A stretch of 64,000 nucleotides of DNA from NCBI GenBank assembly GCA_030141605.1, contig JAQGDQ010000123.1, positions 62,001-126,000 of the forward strand. Direction: 5' to 3'. A model generated the notes under the pieces. The model ran no database searches. It had not been told where the DNA came from and saw only the letters and a list, made by a program, of their open reading frames with translations. This document shows, in pieces, positions 26,727 through 41,400 of the stretch. How positions within the stretch are numbered: the stretch's first letter is position 1; the number at the start of each line of letters is the position of its first letter. The translations under genes were made by a program, and so were the position numbers. This DNA is from Tubiluchus corallicola. Its lineage: Eukaryota; Animalia; Priapulida.

Positions 26727-29384
26727 GATATACATAGATTATATATTACCTATACGCATACTTATGAAAACATTGTAAAAAAGCACACATTAAAAGTAAC
26801 ATGCAAATAATACAGAATTCATCTATGTTCGTATTTTTCCTGGCTTAATAAATACGACAAAAACACAGACAAGTGATGTATATCCAGGCTAAAGATCTAA
26901 AAATTCAATACTAAACATTCACTCACTTGTGCAAACGACCCGCTAAGTGAAATTTCAGAGTTGATTCGTTTTGAAAATATGACCTGAAAAACAACACATA
27001 CAAACTAAATTCTGAAAGAATATGAAGTAAGAAATCTGTTGCTAAACAATTTATTAATGATTATGCCTGGTCTGCCTCTGAGACTAAGTCAAGTCATAAT
27101 GTGTGTCTTAGACATCCAAGTTAAAAGACAAGTAGCTATGGCTCAGGTTATTCCAATTTATTAATGACTATGCCTGGTCTGTTTCTCGAGTTCGTGACTT
27201 TGAGTTCAAAAAACTGGAAAAACAACCCATTACAAGTTGTCCAGAGTGAGTCGAAATCCATCGTAAACTGTGTATCAAATCCCAAATCTGAGTTGTCAGT
27301 ACTACAGCAGCTAATGTATTAGAAAATTACATCAGGCACACAAAAGCTCATAAAGTTAATAAGAGTAAACCAAAAGCAGTCCTTACTTGCATAGGTCACA
27401 GCCGAATTGTGATAACAGTTTTTTGTTTAGATCCAAGGCCACCTTGCTTATCCAGTACGAATTAGACGTAACATATATGAGACTGTTCACATCCAAAGTA
27501 TCACCGTAACTCTACAAAAACAATCAGTGCATGTGAAAAAGAGAATGCCATATTAATGCACTAAAAGCTTATTGCGCTTGTTACAATGTGGTTACGTTAA
27601 CGGTGAATGCGTATTTGTATTTCTCCCAGCATCAAAAAACAGCACAGACAGCAAACAGCAACAAAAACTGTTTCAAATGCTTGAAGCAAGAAACACTTTT
27701 ATTGATGCTGATAGATGAGAAGTAAAAAAATTATTTTTAATTGTTACATCGACAATCACAGCAGGAGCAATAGTGACAACAAGTCAAACTCAACTTTTCC
27801 CTAGATTTTTCGTTTTAGAATTAAAAATAAATTAAAAATAAAAATAATACTTGTAGTGACTTTAACAGGCATATGAATTCATACCATACTACTACTTTAC
27901 TACTGATATGGATGGAAAAATGTATTAAAAAACTTACTTGTCAACATAGCCCTTGACACCGCATAATGATTTTAACTACTACATTATACACAAGAACACT
28001 CAAAAAAGACAACATACTTCTAACTCGATATGCATGTGACTTAGCAAGAAAAGTGATAAGAAAAAAGGGTCAATTTAAAAAAGAAAGCAAAGATGACATA
28101 AAAAGAAAAAAGTACAAGGACTTGATTTGTACTGCTACTTTAGCCCACCATCATCACTGGATCAACACGTACGCACGCACGCACGCACATACACACACAC
28201 ATATATAGACTATTACACGTATTACACTGCTAATATTAACATCAAATGCAGCATCTGCTAAGTTAAAAATTACCGGGTTTAGGATTTGTCCAGCACTGGA
28301 TACCATCAATGTGGAGGCACGCTCAGGAAATGACAACTCTTCGATCATTGCTTGAAACTTGTTTGCCCTGTAATACGGCACAAACACATGAATCAAATCT
28401 AAACAAGTAAATAACTCATCAGATTTGAAAACCTACTCATTTGGAATTAAAAACTAATTAACATCTTAAATTAAAAATAAGAATCCTGTACAAGTTACCA
28501 AACTAGTTTTGAAATTATTAATAACAAAAGCAGCATCATTTTGATAAATATAAACAATAAAAGAAATTTATAACATTTTTATTACAAAAATAAAAGTCAC
28601 TACGAAACTTATGAAGACTGTTCATAATGAACCGATAGTTAAAAGAAGTGCTAGAGAAAGAGAGAAAAAGGAAGAATAATTTCTGCATTTCGTAATACAA
28701 CTTTGACCTTAATTCAGTTGCAATTTAATAACGTGGTTATTTGCTACAGTTTTTATGAACATTTCAAACCAATTTCTGCTTTAAAAATGGCCAAATACAT
28801 TTATAAACTTGTGTGTAATAATTCAGAAATAGTCTGTATATTATTCTTTTCAAATTAAAAGAATGACAGTGAGAAATATCAGTTTCTCATCCATTTAACA
28901 CTTTCTATGAGCAGTGTTGCTTAACTGCGGAAGCACTAATCCAATTACACTCACTTATCGCTAACATTACTTTGTAACAATGATAAAATGCTGTTTATGC
29001 AAACTATGCATGAGTCGTGTAAGGAACACCCATACACTGGAATTCACCAATACCAACTGACTTTAGATGAAAAAATTACAATATAATCAGACTTTTAAGC
29101 AATAAGCAACAAATAAAAAACTGATTTATGAATATTTCACATTGTGTTACCTGTCCTGATGATAATCACAAGCTAAATGAGCCTTTAGAGCAAATTTATC
29201 ACTGAATCGCTGCCTGAAAATTCAAAAAATTTCAAAAGTAAAAACAGAAAACAGAGATTTTTTTATAGACATGTAAGTGCTGGATAATGTACACAACTAA
29301 CAAAATCTTTGTGATTTACCTCAGTATTGTTATCAACATCATTGTCAGCATCATTGTGACCATCATCATCATTGTAGTCATCCA

Positions 29385-29416
<32 letters not shown>

Positions 29417-32400
29417 CCACCACTACCACAATTATTATTTTTGTCAGCATCGTCAACATCATTGTCATCATCATCATCATCAATGTTACGGTCGTTATTG
29501 TGTCGTTGTTGTCATCATCATCGCAGTCGCCCACATCATCATCATCTTCACCACCACCACCACAATTATTATTTTTGCCAGCATCTTCAATATCATTGTC
29601 ATCATCATCATTATCATCAATGTTAAGATTGTTATTGTGTCGTTGTCATCATCATCGTAGTCATCCACATCATTATCATCATCATACCATCATCATCATG
29701 ATCATCGTCATCATTGCCACCATTGTCAACATCATTGTCATCATCATCATCATCTTGTCACCATCATCACCATTGTCGTCATCATCATCATTGTCGTCAT
29801 TATCACCATTTATTTTTATCATTGTCAATGACATCAACGACAAGAAAAGCAAAACAAGCAGACAACAACAACAACAACAACAACAACAATAACAACAACA
29901 ACAGTTTAATGTATCACCCTTTTGTAGTACATTTTTATTGGCTCACTATTCTCCTTGCGTAACAGTTACATTTACTTACAAACAGATTTCACAGAGATGT
30001 TCCCTGCGACCCTTTTGTATCAGCTTCATTTCCAAGTCAGCAGAGGGTAGAAGTTTTCCAAATCTTTCCTGTGATGAAACAAACAGAACCATTTTTGTAT
30101 TTTTTACCAGCTAAGTTGCCACTTCGTGTGGAAATTCGTGAAAACAGCAACAGAAATGAAACAGTGAATGTGAGGATAACCCAACTAAACTCATATTTCA
30201 GTTTGCCGGACCTCGCTTTTACGGATATCTGAAGAATCGGACAAAATCTGGACCGCTAAAAAATCCCCCATACTACGGACACAGTCTGTTGTTTCGTGAA
30301 CTGACCACTAGATGATGGCCGTCACTTTGTTTACATTCAAGCAGCATGTAACGACATGTATATAGCTTGTATATCAGCATGTTTAAGTGTGTGTAGGTGG
30401 TTTAGAGTCAATTACGCGAAATTATTCGAGTCAATTGCCGACAATTTTTATATACTTATGCATAGGAGCAGCCCATGCTAGACGTTTTTGAAACAATTAG
30501 GCGATTGATTCTACATTATCGTGAGTCCAATGCATGGCGACTACTGTATTAGCTTAGTATCAGCAAATACGGACCGACGTCTCCCCACTAATGTCTGGCA
30601 TACTGAGATATGAATGTAATTGTAATCGGTGTTGTACTTATTTAGCACTTCAGGTTTTAAATTCAAAGCAACAGTAGTAGAAAGATTGCAGTAAGTGACT
30701 TTTCATAATGAGCAAGAATAGCCTAAGCAATAATTAAATGCAATAAATATAATAGCCAACTAAACGGGAAGAAAGACTGCCAGGAGAAGTTACTATGAAG
30801 CAAAGGCTACTTGCTGGCCAGAATGTCTAATAATATTTATACAGTAACCATTTACAACTAGTTATTATCAAAAGCACAGAATGTATGATGTACAATTTAA
30901 CACCAACAATGCCTTAAAAATTTTTAATGACATTTATAGTTAAAACAACACAACTTTTTAAAATTTTTAATTTCCATAGTTAAACATAACTCATACTGGT
31001 GCCTGACGGTCAACGAATAACTGCCTGTTAAATAAAAAAATAAGTTTAAAAAGCCTGGGAACTAATGTGAATGTACATTTCTTTTTACACTTTTACACAA
31101 CAAATGTCTAACTAGCTATGAAAAATTACGATGAAACTTTTAAGACATTGCTGAACAAATGACAACACACTGCTAAATAAATTTGATTACATTTTTATTA
31201 AGAAAATAAACGTTACCACTGCACACTAGCTGTCATCTTCAGGAAATAAAGAGCTTATTTCCTAATTTTCTTAATAAAATTTTCTTAGTAAAATTTTCCA
31301 TTTTCTTAATAAAAATGTCCTAAATTATATAGTGGGTTGTTTACGAAACAGATATTGTTCTTGTCATAAAGAATTCAAAAACTTTATTAAGAGTTTTCAT
31401 TTAAATAAGAATAAGTATATGTATTTATCGCCTTTTACAGGAAGAAAAACACAGTGCATAAAATGATAATGTGATGCAATGTAACAATGCTATTTGAAAT
31501 ACGATGTAAACTGATTGGTGAAGGGGTGGCGATGATGTAAAGTTACTAAGTTACTTAACTAAATAAGTGAATGGTTAGTGTACTAAGATTGAACTTATGA
31601 AATTTAAGTTTAAATTTCAACATACATAACAAGCACATAAAGTTATAATAAGCACATATAATAAGATTTCTGCTCATAAACAGCATCAAAATGCAAGAAA
31701 ATGATATTTCAAAAGTAAACCAGGGAAAATATTGTATAGTACCCTTAGCTCGTCCAGGTTTTTTTCTGGACCAGTCCAATACAGCTGAATCTTCCCATTG
31801 GCATCCACTTGCAAAATGACGTCCGTTCTACTTCCACCTCTCTTCATCTGGATCTCATCCAGTTTATCCATGTCGTCTTGCAGCTCACTAAGTCTAACAT
31901 GAACAAATGTACTTTGATCAAGTAGTCCAATTATGATAGTCAGACTAGAAAATTTCCTGTCGCGACTTTTCTCTCTGACATCAAACTCACAAGATTGAAC
32001 AGCTTTGCGAATTACTGTCAGCAAGAAATCGTAAACTCTCCGACATTTGCTAAGAGTTGACTGACTGTCAGAGAGTAGTCTTTAGCAATAAATAGAGAAG
32101 TGAGTGTCAGTTCACACTTGCAGTCAGAGTGTAATGCGCAGCATGTGTTACTCTCTAGCCTGAACATGCTAGCCAGTTACCTGGCGAAAAATTCGCTAGT
32201 CTGAATATGCCATTAAACTACCTATGTTGAGACATCTTTAAAGGAAGACAGGATGATTTTTCATATACTATCCCATTTTCAACTCCAATAAAAAGTGTAC
32301 ATTTTAACACAATTAATACTGCAAAAGTGTTTCTGATAATTAAATAATAGATTAAAAACTTAATTGACAGTGGGCAAGCCTAACTATTGATGACATCACA

Positions 32401-35400
32401 AACTAGCATAATTTTCAACAGCAAAAATATTCCACAAGGGTGATTGCAAAAATGAAAATTGAAGTATAGCGCTACTGTAAGAGATTGCACTGGGCAAGTT
32501 TTAAGATAAAAATTCAAATTTCAAATTTAACGCTGTGCTAACGCATGAGCTATTGAACGTGTGTAATTCGTCACAAACTAACACATCTGAACTGATAAGT
32601 ACAGCACCTGTTTTTGTGCAATGTGTTTCCAAAATGCTGGAGCTAGTGCCCGTCTAACAAGCAAATGGCGAAGTGCATGTAACAGCGAAGAACCAGAGGC
32701 GTGAACGAGAAATTGTATTCGTGTGGTAATAATTCTTTCACGTAAGTCGTTTTTTAAAAAATAGTATGTTTCCTTTCAATATGTTAGAATAGTATGTTTT
32801 GACCTACAGTTTAGGATTAGGTCTGGTTTTGCTTTAACAACATCTTCTTAATGAATTAATGCTCTCACAGAACAAGTGCTACATAACAGCAAATCTTACG
32901 TGTGTACAACTACAAGTATAGCAATGTTTTGTTTATTACTTACAATAAGGAATCAGTCACACATAGTGACAACTGATGCTTATAATTTGAATATCATATT
33001 CTAATCCTTACAGAAATTAAAGAGATAAATACATAATACAAGTATTAGCATCTGTGTTAGGCTACATTTCTAATGCATTTTTGTACGTATAAAGCAAATT
33101 AATAGACTTTTTAATTAATAAAATCTTTGTGCTCATTTTAGACTTAGAAAGAGACTTACAAAAGCTAACAGAATTAAAAAACTGTACTACTCAGTCAACA
33201 AAAGTTTAATAAGTTACATATTTACCTTAGATAATGCTCTGGCTCTTGCAAATGAGTGTGTAACTGCTGCTCAGTGTTGTCATAAGATGCCCTACATTCA
33301 GCAACAATAAGATAATTATTTTTAAACATGCAAGCAAACGGAAGTAAAAAAAATTGTAGAATTTCAAACATTATAGAGCATAAAGCTTGCAAAAGTAAAA
33401 GAATTACGACATACTACTTATGTGCTAACATCATCGTTCCAATAAAAAAATAACAGTAGTTTTACATATAAATACTTAAAAATGAAAAATGAACACATAC
33501 TCGCAAATCACGCACAGATAATTGCCAGACTGTCTAGCGGGTTCCAGTGGTTTAACAACTGAAGCAGCAGGTTTATTCTCCTTTTCTTCTAATTCATCAC
33601 CTGCAGCCTGTTCACTTGTTTCTTGTTGTGGTGGGGTGGTAGAAACTTGTTCAATTGACTTCTGCCGGGGCGGAATAACCGCAATGTATTTATTTGCTTC
33701 CGATAGACGTGGAACAATTGGGGCATCCTGATTTGCCTGCTCTTCTGCTAGAGCAACTAGAATTTGTTGATTTGCCACATATTGTGGTGCAGCTTCTTTA
33801 TTCGCTGGTTTTGATTCTTCTATTGGAAGTTTAGTTTGTTGTATCACAATTCCCATTCTTTCTTGCCTCTGCAACCTGAAATTACTTACAATAAGCATAG
33901 TACAACTGCAACTGGTCATTATGAAGCAGCATACAGGTGTTCCAAACAACTTTGACTTTACAACCTGATCACAACTTACTTCTTCCTTCTTTTCAAGCAA
34001 ATTAATTTTAAATAGCCAAACCCCACAAAAAGAATTTTGTGCACAAATCAACACACAACCCACACCACACCACCTCATCACACCACACTGCACCACACCA
34101 TACCACTCCACCTCATCGCACCACACTGCACCACACAATACCACCACACCGCACCCCACCACACCACCTACACACCACACCACCCACACCATACCACTCC
34201 ACCACATCACACCACACTGCACCACACCATACCACTGCACCACACCATACCACTGCACCACCCACACACCACACCACCCACACCATAATGCTCCACCACA
34301 TCACACCGCACAGCACTGCACCATAACACCACACTGCACCACACCACCCACCCACCTACACACCACACCACCCACACCATACCACTCCACCACATCACAC
34401 CACACCGCACCACACCATACCACTCCACCTCATCGAACCACACTGCACCACACAATACCACCACACCATACCACCTACACACAACACCACCCACACCATA
34501 CCACTGCACCACCCACACACCACACCACACCATAATATTCAACCACATCACACCGCACAGCACCACACCATAACACCACACTGCACCACACCATACCACC
34601 CACACCATACCACTCCACCACACTGCACCACACCATACCACTGCACCACCCACACACCACACCACACCACACCACTCACACCATAATATTCCACCACATC
34701 ACACCGCACAGCACCACACTGCACCACACCACACCATACCACTGCAGCACACCGCACCACCCACACACCACACCACACCACCCACACCATACGACTCCAC
34801 CACATCACACCACACCATACCACTGCACCACACCACATCGCACCACCCACACACCACACCACACCACCCACACCATAATACTCCACCACATCACACCACA
34901 CCATAACACCACACCACACCACCCACACCATAATACTCCACCACATCACACCACACCATAACACCACACTGCACCACACTGCACCACAACACCCACCCAC
35001 TCCATACCACACTACCCACACCACACCCCACACACCCTATCACCCCACCACACCATCCATAGCACAACACACAAAGCACACCACCACCACACCACATCAA
35101 ATCCACCACCTCACGTGGTGATCATGATGTTGATGATGATGATGATGATGGTGGCAACGATGACGACACCTATAGCACAAGCATCAACAGCACAGCACTA
35201 CAACAAAACCATTTCAAACATTTTTCACAAAGTTGAAACTATGTGCTATAATATAATAAATAGCAAAGGCCCCGCAAAAGATTTTGCGTAAAAAACCACG
35301 TATAATCAATACACGCGAACATTCTACCTAGTCCTCATTTTTAACACAAAGCCCGTAGCAGCATTTACTGAATTACAGCAGCGTAGCAGCTTTTTGCTGA

Positions 35401-38400
35401 ATTAAAGCTATAAGATTATAGACAGAATACAATGGATGACGTCACAACAATGCCTTTACGTCAACAGTTTTCTAATCGAAAATTGCCGAAAATGGAACCT
35501 CTAATTAACTCGTCGGTACTTCTCTCGGTGGACCTGCCCTAACATATAGCCCACACCATCGTGTAGCCCTGTTCTTCCTCTTTCTGATGAGCTGTATATC
35601 TCCTTCCGAGAGTCCCACCAGGCGACGCTAGAACGTTTTTCCCGCATGCTGTTTGGTCAAAATTTCGAAAAAATCGCGAGTTGGATCCGGGAAAACGCCC
35701 GTTGCGGGACCCCGTGGCCCTCTCGGGAATTCTAAATATGCCTACTACACCCATCGCTGAACGGGCTATCTATCCATACCCAGCACCACCCTCGGCCCAT
35801 TCCCGTTCTCTACATCTCAGCCGTATAACTTTTGCAAAAAACGGCCGAAAAATGGCCATTTTTGGAGGTTTTTCGCCCCCCGTTCGTCCCGGTGGGCCCG
35901 ATTCGAAAAATAAACCCCCAATGAGACGACACTAGATCAAGACCTTTCGTTTGATGTATAGATCGCCGCAAATGGTGCCCTCGTCCGGGCTGTAGCCTCG
36001 AATCTTATATATATATTAAGATACCAAGAATATTAATATAAGAGATTGCTAACAGTTGTGGAAAATTCACCATAGGCGCCACCATACTTCGTGTGCATAC
36101 ACGCACACAACATCTTACCAATCTGGGTATACCATTTGAACAAACAGGCCAGTATGTGTTCAAGTTGTCTTGTATCTTACGACCAAATAACTGGAACAGA
36201 CTGTGGTCGCAAGTCGATGCCAGCTTGCTACTGTTAGCCTACTACTGTACTGTAGTCACTACATGCTGATTTCTAGTATAAGATTATTCAACTTAGACAA
36301 CAAATTGCTCATTAGTATTACACAGTACAGGATAAGCAGTTAGACTGCACCACCCTTTTAGCTAACATATAATAACATTAACTATTGAAAAACAAAAACA
36401 AAGAACAACAGCACTAAGTACTATCACATCTACAGCAAGTAAACAAACTTACTTCACATTCTCCATATGTTTCTCACTCACTTGATGAAGTCTATAGCCC
36501 GTTTGATTGGCAAAGCACATCCTATCAGAAACACAAGAAGGTAAAAATGAGTGAGAGAACTACAAACTAATAAGCAACAACAAAACAATAACTACTAAAT
36601 TGGTATCTAAAGCAAGTGCTTTCGAATATGTGCAACAGCTAAGTATTTTTTGAACTGTAGCAACTGCAGGTCAAAAAATGGATGTGAGAAAAAACTTGAA
36701 TACAAAGTTTGATTTGTTTTTCAAGAAGTTATTGCCAAAAACACTGTTGTTAAAAATGAAAAGCTACGAAACTAAGTTAAATTTGTGTTGCAGACTTTGT
36801 GTTTTTCATCAACAATTACATGCAGTTTTCATACAACCATTATGCGAAACAGTTCTGGAAAAACGAGCTTAAATGATCATTATTTAGAGAATTCACGAAT
36901 CAATAAAAAGAAGCTGTTTAATGTTTTATCATACACTCATATCTTGGTTTGCCGGCCCTCGCTTTTATGGATACCAGAAGAATCGGACAAAATCTGGACC
37001 GTTACAAGTCCTTCATACCATGGACACAGTCCGTTGTTTTGCAAGCTGGCAGGCTGTCGCGTTGTTTACATCATTACAACAGTGTGATCTGTTACGACAC
37101 ACCTGTAGCTTGTATGTCAGCATATTTAAGTGGTTTAATCAGTGTGTTTATATACTGTATTTGAGTCCAATGCCGACAGCTTTTATGTACTTTTACATAG
37201 GAGCTAGAAGTTTTAGAAACAATTAGGCAACTGATTCTACATTACCATGAGTCTAATACAGTAGTACACGCTGCTTGCTATATTAGCTTAGTATCGGTAA
37301 AAATGGACAATCGGCAAATTTGGACCAAAATCTTTTCGCTTTTGTCCGGCAAACGAAGATACAGGTGTAATTTGATTAAACAACTGCTAAACTACAGTAA
37401 AATGTTATGGCTGCAACAAAGTTAAAAAGTTCATCGTGCAGAATAGGAAAATGTTAGAGACTGACAATTTTCTTTATTTTACCTTACAAACAACACACAA
37501 TTTTGAATTTTATCAACAAATTTCCACAGCCAAAGACAGGTTTTGCTAGGGTGTAACACAACATAAGAAAAAAAATGCAAAAGTGCACACTGATCCTAAG
37601 TAACAAATTCTAAAATGCAGCCATAAACACTAAATAAAAATTTTTGACAACAATTCAATTCATATTACAGTAGCTAACATACCTGCACAGTTTGCATTGA
37701 AATGACAACATTTCAGGCTCATATTTCGGCACCATGGCAACCTAAACGTAAAAGATTAACAGCTTATAAAAAGATAAATTCTATTGAAAGATTCTATTTT
37801 TAGGAAACCACTAGATTGACTAAACTGTTGTAAATACATAGCCCATTACATAAAACCCTGGCTAATCTTACCTTTAAAATTGAAGACTTTAGCTTGTATC
37901 CAAATTTCTTACAAGTCTTCACAATTTCTTCTTCGGTACAGTCTTTCTGCACACTAAATAATCGAAAACCAAGTTAGCATAAGAAAAGCACATTTTTAGT
38001 GAGTGGCTCACATCTACCGGCATGGTCAGCAATCTAGTAAAAAATGCAAAATTTACAACAATTCAGCTGCAACGATATTCTGGTTTTGTTTTTACCAGGT
38101 TTCTCGCAAGGACAGCTCTCTGGCGAAGCTGCATAAGAAAAATGTGTATATATTTGGCTGCAAAAAAGGCAGGCACACAAAAAATTAGCTCATCAACAGA
38201 AGTGAAACACTTACAATAAATTGCTTGCCTCGTAATACAATATACATTATAACAATATGTGTGCTTGCATAGCAAATTCGTCCAGAAGTCAGCAATTAAA
38301 ACTTCAATCTCCATTTCATGAATATCATTTCGAGGCCAAGCTCATCGCTCTAAGTTATTTCTAAGCAGAGATAATCCACATTGAACGTGAGGTGCACATT

Positions 38401-41400
38401 ACACACTGAAAAAGTTAACCTTGAGAAAATCGGTGTTAAAGTTAGCCAGTGTTTTTGTCGCATTTCTAAACAAAATGTTGTTTGCTACGGACTTTGCAAG
38501 AACATACTGAAGTTATGTTTAAATCCAGTAGAAGAAGTCGGTTCTTCCTGACGAAGACCTGGGCTTGGCAAGAGAAAAAACCTGAAGCAAAATGACTGCT
38601 TCCTTTAGCTACTATCGGAGTTTGAGAACACAAGTTTTTTACAACTGAAGTACATGTTTCTAGGGCAGAAAAGTGGATATGGGGTTATAAAGTTAGATTT
38701 TTAGTGTCTTTTGAAAATTTCCTTGATAATTTGATGTTAGAATATAAAAGTCCAATATATTTAGTGTTTCTTTTTATAAAAAACAAAAAATTGACATTTG
38801 ACCAAATTTTTAGCATATTATACTTTGAAGCATCATAACGCAGTTTTAACTCATGGACAATTTTGGTCTGCAAGCACACATTTAGTAAGCTTTCGGTGAC
38901 AATTTAACATATATCAAGGATGAGCAGAAAGCTTCGGATGCAACTTTAGTAAAGCCTTTAACTAATACAGTAACTTAACAGCATACTGAAGAACCTAATT
39001 GTTGAAGTCACATTACTTAATAAAACAAATTGTACAAAATAAGCTTGCAAACACTAATTAAAACAGAAAAAGACAAACTTGAAAACCATTTACCATTCTT
39101 GGTGTTCTATTGTCTTCATGTGTGCCTCTAAGATCTTAGGAGAGCTACAAGGAAACCTAAAGAAAAAATGCCATAATTCATTTCCTCCTCTGAATAGCTA
39201 CGATAAGGAATTACAGACAGAGATTTACTGAGAGCATAGTGAATTCTTGTCTCACTTTAGGTCAGTAGTAGCGATGGGTGATTTTGAAATCTTGTAATTC
39301 AATTATCTCGATTAATCTTTTGCGACAATTTTTAGTGTGTTAGCCATATTTTTTAATGGTTGCAGTACATAAGCCTATAAACTTCATCACTGCTTTCGTC
39401 GCTATCAGCCATTTTTTACTCACAAACTATTTTTATCGACATGCTATGCTTTTTCATTAACTACTGTACTACGTCACTACACATGTCGCATGGCAATGAA
39501 TTTGAAACTTCCAGTTTGCAATTGTACGCATTATGTAAGGTGAGAAAAACGAAAGAAACGCAAAGATTCCGTTTATTTGTGCTGAGACACAACATTTCAG
39601 GCAGCGCGTGATCAGTATATTTTACTCTGGATTAATCCTGACCAATTGAATTACAATTTGGATTAATATTATTAATTGCCCATCATTAGTTAGCAGACTT
39701 TAAACCACTCTAAATGTACTACTAATCCTGCCTTAAACCCATCTTTAACATATGACCAACTTCATAGTTGAAGTTCCGCCGCCAACAACACTAAATAACA
39801 TTCATGCACATACCACACGTGGCACACACACATGAACACCCTGTCACACATGCATGCACACACACACACACGTGAACACCCTCTCACACATGCATGCACA
39901 CGCACACACACCAACACACACACACGTGAACACCCTCTCACACATGCATGCACACGCACACATACCAACACACACACACACACACACACACACACCTTTT
40001 AAATTAGCTATACCCTTTTTTATTCTCCTTCAGTTTATGCCTTCACAGAGGCGTGAATAAATTAGTCCGAAATCTAACAATCTGTGTGAAATTTCCAAAG
40101 CCAGATCTAAAATAAAAACAAAAGCAAATGCCAAACGTCCTCATTTTGTTTCGACACATCAAAATAAGAACACTTACAGACACTTCCTGCAAAAAAATTC
40201 TGTCTCAATCAGTTTCTTCTGCTGTCTGTTTTCCCTGTTTCTATTCATCTTTAGTGCAGCTTCGGCCGGATCTATCAGTCCCATTCCCAACTGTGCAAGT
40301 AGATCATCATCGTCATCATTTTCATCACTTTCATCCCCATTTTCTGAACTACTACGCCCACGATTAATCTCTGACTTCATCTCAGTCTGTATGGAATAGA
40401 ACGTAATGATTATTGCATCAATTACATATCTCTAATTCACAATTTAGTGAATAAATTGGATATGGTAAAGCAATTACTATAATAGGGCTATGCTTCACTT
40501 GCATGATACGGTCTAGTGCAGGGGTGTGCAAATTGTGGCCCGCCGAGAGAATTTGTGCGGCCCGCGAAGAGATTGTCAACCTAATGAAAGTGCAGCCCGG
40601 GCGATTAATTGAGTGTATCCAGCTGAAGTCCGTGCCACGATTCCAAAGATAGTGCGGGTAGTTTTTTCTACTAGATCGGATGCCATTAACCCTTACAAGA
40701 CGGTTGTAGCTTAATGTCACTGTACTACACAGACTGTGTGATAGACATTACTAATATGCATTGTAATGAAATTACCACTATCTGTCCTGAAAGTAGAAAT
40801 ATATGATTTGTAATATAAATTTTAATAACTTCTAAAATAGTTTCTTGAGTGTAGTAGTAATGATGTACGCAGGTCGGATGCAAAAAAAATCGTTATTAGG
40901 CCTTTCTGTACTTGGCTCCTTGATCAAACTGCCTGTGGCCCGCACGAATTGCGAGAAAGTTTAATGTGACCCGACTAGTCAGATAATTTGCACACGCCTG
41001 GTCTAGTGCCTCCCAAGACTAGTTTTTTAGTCTCGTTGATGTTATTCTTGTCAGTATCAACATTAGATAGTCTTGACATCATGTACATTGCTATGGATCA
41101 CAATCTTGTTTTTGAAGCCTGACACTTAATCTACTTTTTATAAAGCATGGTAACTCTAATTTAATCAAATATTATATCGAATAATCGCATTGTTGACCAC
41201 TGAATTACCAAATATACAGTCAATGCAATAGGATAGGAAGAGCAACAACCATTTGAAATGTTCCAAATACAATCATGTGGACATTTTCATTTACCCTCTC
41301 ATTCATTGGTTGCCTCTTTTTAAAACTCTCTTTCTACATCACACATAACTTATCAAAGAATGTGGCTGTATGTCAGAGTAGAGTGTAACTACTCGTTCAA

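Noticed and set aside
29287-29962. Poly-I/S/H/Q ORFs (also 9723-10105, 49037-49334, 52566-52879)
   Set aside because: Microsatellite translations.
34037-35109. His/Thr- or Trp/Cys/Val-rich ORFs
   Set aside because: Translations of the (CACCA)n satellite; only 33501-33875 is a real exon.
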